NCBI GenBank assembly: GCA_963842525.1 | Contig: CAWJGT010000019.1 | Location: 448,001 to 512,000 of the forward strand | DNA from: an uncultured Holophagales bacterium | GTDB taxonomy: Bacteria; Acidobacteriota; Thermoanaerobaculia; Multivoradales; UBA5704 | DNA: 64,000 nt | Direction of reading: 5' to 3' | In this document: one piece after another, positions 60,601 to 64,000 of the stretch | Position numbering within the stretch: the stretch's first letter is position 1 | Layout: the number at the start of each line of letters is the position of its first letter | The notes under the pieces: generated by a model | What the model was told of the DNA's origin: nothing | The model's database searches: none | What the model saw: only the letters and a program-made list of their open reading frames with translations | Made by a program: the position numbers and the translations under genes

Positions 60601-61676
60601 TCTCGCTGCCGGGCCGCGTCCGCCGGCAGGTCCCAGAATGTCGTGTCATCAGCCTCGGCGGCGCCACCGAGGGCTCCATCTGGTCGATCCTCCATCCGGT
60701 CCAGGAGGAGGACGCGCGGCGACGGAGCATCCCCTACGGCCGGCCGATGGAGAACCAGCGCTTCCATGTCTTCGACGGTCGCGGCAGGCCGGTGCCCATC
60801 GGCGTGGTCGGCGAGCTGTGCATCGGGGGCGCCGGGGTGGCCGGCGGCTATCTCGGCCGGCGGGAGCTGACCGCCGAGCGCTTCGCCCCCGATCCGTTCG
60901 GAGAGCCGGGAACGCGCCTCTACCGCACGGGCGACCTCGGGCGCTTCCTGCCGGACGGTACGATCGAATTCCTCGGCCGCCTCGACCACCAGGTCAAGAT
61001 CCGCGGCTTCCGTGTAGAGCTGGGGGAGATCGAGACCGTGCTGGCGCAGCACCCCACGGTCCGCGAGGCGGTGGCCCTGGTGCGTGCCGAGGGTGCCTCG
61101 CCGGCCGCGGGCGGTGACCGCCGTCTGGTCGGGTATGTAGTGCCCCAGCAGGAGGCGGTTGTTGATCCTGCCGAGCTGCGCGCCTGGCTCGCGGTTCGGC
61201 TGCCCGAGTACATGGTGCCGCCGCAGATCGTCGTCCTCGACCGCCTGCCGGTGACCCCCAACGGCAAGCTCGACCGCGCCGCCCTGCCGGCTCCCGAGGC
61301 GCTGGCCCGCGAGGTGGTGCCGCCGCGCGATGCCGTCGAGGAGACGCTGGCCGGGATCTGGCGCCGCCTCCTCGGGGTGGAGGTGGTGAGCATCGACGAC
61401 AACTTCTTCGAGCTGGGCGGCCACTCGCTCCTGGCGACTCGCGTGCTGGCCGCGCTGCGCGAGGAGCTGGGTGTCGAGCTGCCCGTACGCGAGGTTTTCG
61501 ATCGACCGACCATCGCGGGCTTGGCCCTGGCCGTGGCCGAGCGCCGGGTCGAAGCCGTGCCCGAGGAGGATCTCGCCCACATGCTCGACGACCTCGACGG
61601 CCTGTCGGACGAAGAGATCGAGCGCCTGCTCGCCGAGCCGGAGGAGGCCACCATAGCCGGCGGAGAGCCTCCATGA
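45666..61676 (+). CDS. NRPS gene 8: C-A(Thr)-T-C-A(Thr)-T-C-[A deleted]-T-sulfotransferase-C-A(?)-T-C-A(Cys)-T
   Basis: TTG start overlaps the gene 7 stop. Two DFWNIGMVH codes (Thr/Dhb); T motifs GG(T/S/N)SITG; sulfotransferase motif PPRSGTTLLR; A code about DAVDLGSIT (unassigned); DLWNMSLIW with SLGGATE (Cys). Confidence 0.93.
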   Translation: MSERPGPAVAIEEALAGLSREEKALLFERLRKREKPGGRDSAIPRRRPGVGPLPLSFAQERLWFLDRLQPGDLYNVPYALSIRGNLEPAALAAALGGVVRRHEVLRTTFGERDGQPVQVIAPPGPWRLPLVDLAGLPAAQLDEELARLAAWEARRPFDLAAGPLLRTTLVRTAAAEHTLLLVLHHIVADAWSMTVLVHETAELYRAASMGQAPMLPELPIQYADFALWQRSWLQGEVLERQLAYWRSRLADAPAALDLPFDRPRPAVPSFRGAARTIALPPALAAGLRQLARDERLTLFMALLAPLQGLLARLAGVDDVVVGTTVTGRDRRELQGLIGFFINTLALRTDLSGDPDGRELLGRARQTTLDAFSHQDLPFEKVVGELSLPRDPYRPPLLRVLLQLLAHPEGGLDIPGLTLAPHGLDRETVKLDLILNVHDYPGGVLTEWLYDTDLFDASTVARLAGSFLTLLEGWVEDPARRLSDLPLLTAAQRHQLLVEWNPGPAGEPAWGCRGCLHRLFAHQAERTPDAPAVSMGGGRRTYRELDESSNRLARHLLAAGMRPGDRVALFLDRSLDMVEAIMAVLKAGAAYLPLDPAYPRERIAFALEDSGAALVLTVAARSPELPEIPENTARVLVLDRERDAIAHRSSGPVEAAADPELPAYVIYTSGSTGRPKGVVVPHGNVTRLFTATAPWFGFGPQDVWTLFHSYAFDFSVWEIWGALLHGGRLVVVPYWESRAPEAFYKLLRDERVTVLNQTPSAFRQLLWAEEAVGPHPLSPSPISHPPYPRERGDVAQAIPASPGTGALDASPLSRRGVEGRWEKGLGGEDTLSLRFVIFGGEALEPAMLRPWFDRHGDERPRLVNMYGITETTVHVTYRPLGREDRRSVVGRPIPDLTLHVLDRSLQPQPLGVAGEICVGGEGLAHGYLGRPALAAERFVPDPFGVLRGEAGARLYRSGDLARRLVDGDLEYLGRVDHQVKIRGFRIELGEIEAALTRHPAVGEAVVLARRDAGHGEDRLVAYVTAGPQPSPALPELRAFLAGSLPDYMLPAALVVLDRLPLTANGKVDRRALPAPEAVSTASREQVPPRDALGHALAGLVREVLAIPAEQETGVFDDFFELGGTSITGAIFINRLQETLEEIVQVVVIFDYPTVDALAGYVRHEHPKAVARLWPAALEPVDETKPARFRGLVRPVAHIAEDWSAIQPAGWREGEPIPLSSAQERLWFLDRLAPGSPVYNISTPLRLSGPLRVPAVAASLREILRRHMALRTRFVALGGVPHQVVDPVPEDVLPVVDLAGLPEPLREGEAQRLAAADAVRPFDLARGPMLRTLLLRLGPEEHVSLVAMHHIASDGWSMGVLIRELAVLYGALAQGRPSSLPEPAIQYADFAVWQRRWLQGERLEREIAYWREALAGAPVLDLPVDRPRPPVQTFRGAQLGFHVPAEVAAAFAAAGRRERASLFMTLLAGFAVLLSRYAGQDDVSVGSPVANRTRSEIEGLIGFFVNTLVLRTDLSGDPSFGELLGRVQRTAVGAFAHQEVPFEKIVEELQPKRDLSRSPLFQVMLTLQNASSEKLELPDLTLSPLEGGGTTVAKFDLTLALFEAPDGLAGSFEYNTDLFDAATIGRLARCFQTLLAAAAVSPEPVSELPLLSDAERRQLLERGRAESSGGIVCLHERFAQQAREAPAAPAITFAGATLSYAELNRRANRLAHALRARGIGPGDLVGLSLERSLDLVVAILGVLKSGAAYVPIDPDSPAERTAWILADSRVALLLTDSTLAEADKTADRDDDQVPWSAPEDPAYVIYTSGSTGKPKGVVVTHANVARLFASTEGWFGFGPEDVWTLFHSTAFDFSVWEIWGALLYGGRLVVVPYWVSRSPQDFYRLLVTERVTVLNQTPSAFRQLLWAEESVLDGGPPDLALRCVIFGGEALELSSLAPWFARHGDHRPELVNMYGITETTVHVTWRPLRQEDTARGSVVGRPIPDLALHVLDPKLEPQPLGVPGEICVGGGGLALGYLNRPDLTAERFVPDPFGSPGTRLYRSGDLARRLTDDLEYLGRIDQQVKIRGFRIELGEIEAALSSHPAVREAVVVAREGQLVAYVVAAPDQEEPTLEDLRSALTAHLPDYMLPSAFVLLPALPLTAHGKVDRRALPEPEWRPAQRQSVAPRTDLERLVAHLFAETLGLDRVGVHEDFFELGGSSITGAILINRLQEATGEAIPVVAIFETPTVAGLAERLSPSAVRLGDQAPPLVPVPRERDLPLSFAQQRLWFLDRMEPGSPAYNLPNAVRIRGRLDVPALGRTLQELVRRHETLRTSFALRNRQPVQVIAPDVLAGVFALPVVDLAALPEEAREAALPAEAAAEALRPFDLSRAPLLRATLLRLGDDDHALLLTMHHIVSDAWSMGVLVTEVTRLYGAFVRGEPSPLPALPVQYADFAVWQRQWLQGDVLAAQLAYWRQQLAGAPVLQLPTDRPRPAVQTWRGADFSFLLPAPLIQSLTALGHRHGRHRATLFMTLLAGAQLLLSRYSGQDDVTVGSTIANRTRPELEGLIGFFVNTLALRLDLTGDPSFADLLDRAREVTVGAYAHQDLPFEQLVAEIQPERDLGRSPLFQVLVQLQNTPAGTAEPAPGLVLEPVQKPGQTAKFDLVLNLAETAEGLWGQWKYNRDLFEEATIARLSSDLETLLAAVAAEPERRIAELPLLHGEERRQLLPQAPAAPVAAFTGATLGYAELVEPRNEVERFVAGLFAEALGLDRVGVHEDFFALGGNSITGAILINQLQETLGEIVQVVVIFDAPTVAELADYLAREHPQAAERLWGLAAVEQRGAGRVGDAQIAALRALLGGGAPLPLGVGDGGRAGEGSGEGALFVLAPPRSGTTLLRVMLGGHPALFAPPELELLSFNTLAERRAAFPGRDSFWLEGLVRAVMEIRGCGAEEAAALMEDLEREGLTTAELYGRLQSWLGGRMLVDKTPSYALDPAVLRRAEEVFDGPRYIHLMRHPLGMIHSFEEAKLDQIFFRYEHSFSRRELAELIWTVSHQNIVDLLQDVPAERQHWVHFEELVREPERVLRGICAFLGIDYHPAMAQPYEEGSARMTDGLHAASRMLGDVKFHQHQGVDARAAERWREELGEEALGEPSRQMAARLGYSLETGGKELGQIASSGWHEGAPLSFAQERLWFLSRLDPDSATYNIAAALRLRGRLDTPALEGALRQILRRHAVLRTTFDAVDGRARQNVGPVEGLDLPLVDLSALPAALREPELRRLIDEAAQLSFDLERDLLLRPLLLRLGQDEHGAVLVMHHIAADGWSMGVLIRELAALYRAFTQGQPSPLPDLPIQYADFARWQREWLKDERLDRELAFWRDALAEAPVLQLPTDRPRPPVQTFRGGRRFLLMPARIGEPLTAVGQGEGASQFMTLLAGFAALLARYAGQDDVSIGTPIAGRTRAEIEGLIGFFVNTLVLRTDLSGDPPFRTLLRRVRSAAVAAFAHQDLPFEKVVEELQPERDLSRTPLFQVMFTLQNAHSETLKLPGLTLEPLGADTGAAKFDLTLAMAQGPAGLFATFDYNLDLFDGPTIDRMAEHLAMLLEGVVAEPDRAVSELPLLTAGEQHQLLAEWPGTAPAGCSVPVDQLFREQAARTPGAVALLFGDERITYAELDERSDRLARELAAAGVGPEVRVAVALERSPALIEAFFGVLKAGGVYVPIDPSYPAERIELMLEDSGAAVVLRDPHPPSPPLPSALPIPLERGEQSRSSLELEKLFSPLPGEGSADGRGAGGEGPAYVIYTSGSTGRPKGVVALHRGLATFSLAMADALGLGPGDRFLQFASPSFDASAVQIFPTLLSGATLVLHPDPTALSPAELLVFCADQGVTVLDLPGALWRQTVQEMASGAAPHPPVRAWLTGGESLSLEALRQWAGTVDGESLFLSSYGPTEATITTTVFTLPAREVASLPAFGAPVGRPLGGAEVYLLDAALQPVPAGVAGGLYIGGSGLARGYLDRPELTAAAFVPHPLAGGEPGARLYRTGDLARWRPDGSLEFLGRADQQVKIRGFRVEPGEIEAILARHPAVADVAVGVHEDRGDRNDQRLVAWVVPAEAGDALVPKLRAFLRERLPEHMVPSDFVPLAAMPLTPGGKVDRRALPAPDRSRPEDGAGFVAPRGAVEETLAAVWSRLLGVERVGADDDFFELGGHSLLATQLVSRLREVFGVELPLRQVFEASRLARLAAVVEDARRDQRGMAVPPLQPLPRTEDEPLPLSFAQERLWFLDQLQPGRPTYNMPTAVRLGGPLDAIALAAALGEVRRRHEALRTRFPVQSGAPAQVIAEPDPFSLPRVDLSRLEGPVREAEATRLAVAESSRPFDLAAGPLLRATLVRLAEREHVLLITLHHIVSDGWSMGILIEELGRSYHAFAAGTGPDLPALPVQYADHARWQRGWLRGEALAVQLGYWRDKLGGEPVSLELPLDRTRPSGDVFRGARQTVHVPLAALKALEALGRREEATPFMALVAAFEALLHRVTGQTDISVGTPIAGRTRSETEGLIGLFLNTLVLRDDLSRDPTFRELIGRVRRTALDAYSHQDLPFEKIVEELQPQRSFGQTPFFQAMFVLQNTPAGALEAGELTLAPVPAYNETARFDLTMSVSQTPAGLYGWLEHKPDLLHATTVQRWIEGFRRIVEAVAADPDLRLSELPLLSAAERHQVVSEWNDSEAPSRDVCLHDLFAEQVARTPGAVAVMGLDVDLTYAELAARAEDLAGRLRAQGIRPGDRVAILMQPSPDRVAAVLAVLQAGAAYVPLDPAYPQERLDFMVQDAGASVVLTDPHPRPLSHPHSLPPGEGRIAVRRLLSSSPGGSGVRMGEGSGVRAYVIYTSGSTGQPKGVMIEHRQAVNTILDINRRFGVGERDRVFAISALSFDLSVWDLFGTLAGGGTIVLPPPQTEGPDPAAWVERLAACGVTIWNSAPPLLEMLVESGARLPATLRLAMLSGDWIPVSLPGRVRRQVPECRVISLGGATEGSIWSILHPVQEEDARRRSIPYGRPMENQRFHVFDGRGRPVPIGVVGELCIGGAGVAGGYLGRRELTAERFAPDPFGEPGTRLYRTGDLGRFLPDGTIEFLGRLDHQVKIRGFRVELGEIETVLAQHPTVREAVALVRAEGASPAAGGDRRLVGYVVPQQEAVVDPAELRAWLAVRLPEYMVPPQIVVLDRLPVTPNGKLDRAALPAPEALAREVVPPRDAVEETLAGIWRRLLGVEVVSIDDNFFELGGHSLLATRVLAALREELGVELPVREVFDRPTIAGLALAVAERRVEAVPEEDLAHMLDDLDGLSDEEIERLLAEPEEATIAGGEPP
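47982..48147. repeat. Family-1 full element inside the first Thr A domain of gene 8
   Basis: CCTCACCCCCT..CCCCTCTCCCATCTCCC and GGGAGATGGGAGAAGGGG.TAGGGGGTGAGG; absent at the equivalent site of the paralogous Thr A domain (about 51380-51420). Confidence 0.9.
54189..54254. repeat. Family-1 variant half element immediately before the sulfotransferase
   Basis: GGCGCCCCTCTCCCGCTCGGGG..GGTGG..GCGCGGGGGAGGGGTCGGGGGAGGGGGCC; nearly identical to 63671-63736. Confidence 0.85.
54255..55100 (+). other. Embedded PAPS-dependent sulfotransferase domain (CurM/Ols-like)
   Basis: LFVLAPPRSGTTLLRVMLGGHP (5'-phosphosulfate-binding loop), LVDKTPSYA, YIHLMRHP, VHFEELVREPE, MTDGLH..S.MLGD. It lies between a T domain and a C domain. 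Confidence 0.9.
56837..56986. repeat. Family-1 full element occupying the A2-A3 segment (gene 8, module 4)
   Basis: CCCTCACCCCC..CCCCTCTCCCATCCGCACTCCC and GGGAGTGCGGATGGGAGAGGGGCCGGGGGTGAGGG. Confidence 0.9.
60092..60222. repeat. Family-1 full element occupying the A2-A3 segment (gene 8, Cys module)
   Basis: CCCTCACCCCCGGCCCCTCTCCCATCCGCACTCCC and GGGAGTGCGGATGGGAGAGGGGTCGGGGGTGAGGG; near-perfect arms of about 35 bp. Confidence 0.92.
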
Positions 61677-64000
61677 GCTTGCAGGAGCTGGCCCGGGCCG
61701 CGGGGCTCGACCTGGACGACCTCGACCTGCTCGCGGAGATGCTGCGGGAGGAAGGGGTGCAGGTCGAGGAAGAGACCGGCATCCGTCGCGTTCCCGCCGC
61801 CGAGGCGCCGCTCTCTTTCTCCCAGGAGCGTCTCTGGTTCCTCGACCGGCTGACGCCGGGCACCGCGACCTACAACATGCCCGGCCCGCTGCGCCTGCGT
61901 GGACCGCTCGACACGCGGGTGCTGGCGCGCTGCTTCGCGGAGATCGCCCGCCGCCACGAATCGCTCCGCACCCGCTTCGCCATCCGCGAGGGGACCCCGG
62001 TCCAGGTGATCGATCCTCCGGGCGCCTGGACGATCCCCGGCATCGATCTGACCGCCCTCCCCGCGCCGCGGCGGCAGGCCGAAGCCGAGCGCCTGGCCAA
62101 TGAGGAGTCGGGCTGGCCGTTCCAGCTCGATCGCGGACCCCTGCTGCGCACCCTCCTGCTGCGTCTCGATGATGGTGAGGGTGGGGGCGAGCACGTCCTC
62201 CTGCTGACGATGCATCACATCATCTCGGACGGCTGGTCCATGGGCGTGCTCTTCCGCGAGCTGACCACCCTTTACCAAGCCTTCACCGCGGGCGAGCCGT
62301 CGCCCTTGCCGGAGCTGCCCGTGCAGTATGCCGACTTCGCCCGCTGGCAGCGGGAGCGACTCGCCGGGCCGGACCTGGAGACCCAGCTCGCCTACTGGCG
62401 GGAGCGCCTCGCCGGCAGCCCGGAGGTGATCGACCTGCCGCTCGACCGGCCGCGCCCACCGGTGCAGAGCTTTCAAGGCGAGGCCGTCCAGGTCGCGGTC
62501 CCCCGGCCGGTCGCCGAGAGCCTGAAAGCGCTCGGCCTCGCCGAAGGGGCCTCCTCTTTCATGATTCTGCTCGCCGCCTTCAAGCTGCTGCTGGGCCGCT
62601 GGAGCGGACAGGAGGACGTCCTGGCCGGCACACCCATCGCCGGCCGCGCGCGTCCTGAGGTCGAAGGGCTGATCGGCTTCTTCCTCAACACCCTCGTGCT
62701 GCGCACCGATCTCTCCGGCCGTCCCACCTTCCGCGAGCTGGTGCGCCGGGTCCGTGAGGCCGCCCTCGGAGCCTACGCCCATCAGGACGTCCCCTTCGAG
62801 CGGCTGCTCGAAGACCTCCAGTCGGAGCGCGACCTGTCGCGCACGCCGCTGTTCCAGGTCTTCTTCAACATGCTGAACCTGCCCCGTTCGGAGGTGCGGC
62901 TTCCGAGCCGGCTCACCCTGGAGCCGCTCGCGGGCTCGACCGTGGTCGAGTCCAAGTTCGACCTCACGGTCTACGCCGCCGAGAGGGAGGACGGCTTCGC
63001 CTTCAACCTGGTCTACAACGCCGACCTGTTCGACCGGCCGCGCATGGAGGAGCTGCTGCGCCAGTATCGCCGCGTCCTGGACCAGGTGGCGGCCGACCCC
63101 GACGCGCCGATCGATGCCGTCTCGCTGGTCACTCCCGCGGCTCTCGACCTGCTGCCCGACCCGGCCGCGCCGCTCGGCGATGCTTGGCACGGCGCCGTGC
63201 ACGAGCTGTTCGCGGCCCGCGCCCGCCGCCATCCGGACCGGCTGGCCGTGATCGACGGCGAGGGCACCTGGACCTACGGCGACCTGGCGGAGGCTGTCGC
63301 CCGTCTCGCCTCCCGCCTGCGGGCGGACGGGATCGTCTCCGGTGAGCCTGTGGCGATCTGGGCGCACCGCAGCGCGCCGCTGGTCTGGGCGGTGCTCGGC
63401 GTCCTGGAAGCGGGAGGCGCCTTCGTGGTCCTCGATCCCACCTATCCGCCCGCCCGCCTGGCCGACATCGTGCGCCTGGCGGCACCCCGCGCCTGGCTGG
63501 AGATCGCAGCGGCCGGGGCTCCGCCGCCCGAAGTCGAAGACCTGCTGATGGACGGCCGGGAAAGCCCTCTCCCCCTGGCCCCCTCTCCCGTGCGGCACCC
63601 AGCCTTCCGCCCCGAACGGGAGAGGGGGAACGCTGTGGCGGCTGGAGAAGGGGAAAGTCGTTTGGGCGGAGGCGCCCCTCTCCCGCTCGGGGAGGGGGGT
63701 GGTGGCCGCGCGGGGGAGGGGTCGGGGGAGGGGGCCACCGGCCTCCGCTGCCGGCTGACTCTCCCGGGCGGAGGACCGGAGAGAGCCCGCGCTCTGCTCT
63801 CGGCCTTCCCGGAGCCCAGACCCTCCGCCGCGGTCGGCCCCGACGATCTGGCCTACATCGCCTTCACCTCGGGCTCGACCGGCCTGCCCAAGGGAATCCT
63901 GGGCCGGCACGGGCCGCTGTCGCACTTCCTCCCCTGGCAGCAGGAACGGTTCGGCCTCGCGGACTCCGACCGCTACAGCCTGCTCTCGGGGCTGGCGCAC
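61673..64000 (+). CDS. NRPS gene 9 (partial): C-A..., truncated by the window edge
   Basis: Absent from the ORF track on the + strand. ATGA overlap with gene 8; reads MSLQELARAAG...LSFSQERLWF...HHIISDGWS...YIAFTSGSTGLPKGILGRH...LSGLAH. Confidence 0.9.
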   Translation, partial: MSLQELARAAGLDLDDLDLLAEMLREEGVQVEEETGIRRVPAAEAPLSFSQERLWFLDRLTPGTATYNMPGPLRLRGPLDTRVLARCFAEIARRHESLRTRFAIREGTPVQVIDPPGAWTIPGIDLTALPAPRRQAEAERLANEESGWPFQLDRGPLLRTLLLRLDDGEGGGEHVLLLTMHHIISDGWSMGVLFRELTTLYQAFTAGEPSPLPELPVQYADFARWQRERLAGPDLETQLAYWRERLAGSPEVIDLPLDRPRPPVQSFQGEAVQVAVPRPVAESLKALGLAEGASSFMILLAAFKLLLGRWSGQEDVLAGTPIAGRARPEVEGLIGFFLNTLVLRTDLSGRPTFRELVRRVREAALGAYAHQDVPFERLLEDLQSERDLSRTPLFQVFFNMLNLPRSEVRLPSRLTLEPLAGSTVVESKFDLTVYAAEREDGFAFNLVYNADLFDRPRMEELLRQYRRVLDQVAADPDAPIDAVSLVTPAALDLLPDPAAPLGDAWHGAVHELFAARARRHPDRLAVIDGEGTWTYGDLAEAVARLASRLRADGIVSGEPVAIWAHRSAPLVWAVLGVLEAGGAFVVLDPTYPPARLADIVRLAAPRAWLEIAAAGAPPPEVEDLLMDGRESPLPLAPSPVRHPAFRPERERGNAVAAGEGESRLGGGAPLPLGEGGGGRAGEGSGEGATGLRCRLTLPGGGPERARALLSAFPEPRPSAAVGPDDLAYIAFTSGSTGLPKGILGRHGPLSHFLPWQQERFGLADSDRYSLLSGLAH
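63565..63736. repeat. Family-1 variant full element in the gene 9 A domain
   Basis: CCCTCTCCCCCTGGCCCCCTCTCCCG..CGGGAGAGGGGGAA, spacer, CCCCTCTCCCGCTCGGGG..GGGGAGGGGTCGGGGGAGGGGG. Confidence 0.85.

Overview
This very GC-rich window is almost entirely one co-directional (+ strand) hybrid NRPS/PKS lipopeptide assembly line. It starts at 875 and runs off the right edge; a divergent, partial AAA-family ATPase gene lies on the left. Nine biosynthetic genes can be read: (1) FAAL-ACP plus 5 NRPS modules; (2) KS-AT-KR(degenerate)-ACP; (3) a 2-module NRPS; (4-6) three single C-A-T genes; (7) KS-AT-ACP-C-A-T; (8) a 5-module NRPS with an embedded CurM-type sulfotransferase; (9) a partial NRPS. Three +1 frameshifts (about 16910, 25935 and 26200) are probably read errors. 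No TE, E or MT domain is visible. The most unusual signals are: a docking-helix pattern suggesting that genes 4-6 are interchangeable inputs to the same PKS rather than a linear chain; an on-line T-sulfotransferase-C module; two A-less modules that keep remnants of the deleted A domain; and repeated in-frame colonisation of the coding sequence by REP/MITE-like palindromes. A-domain specificities were read by eye and are tentative.
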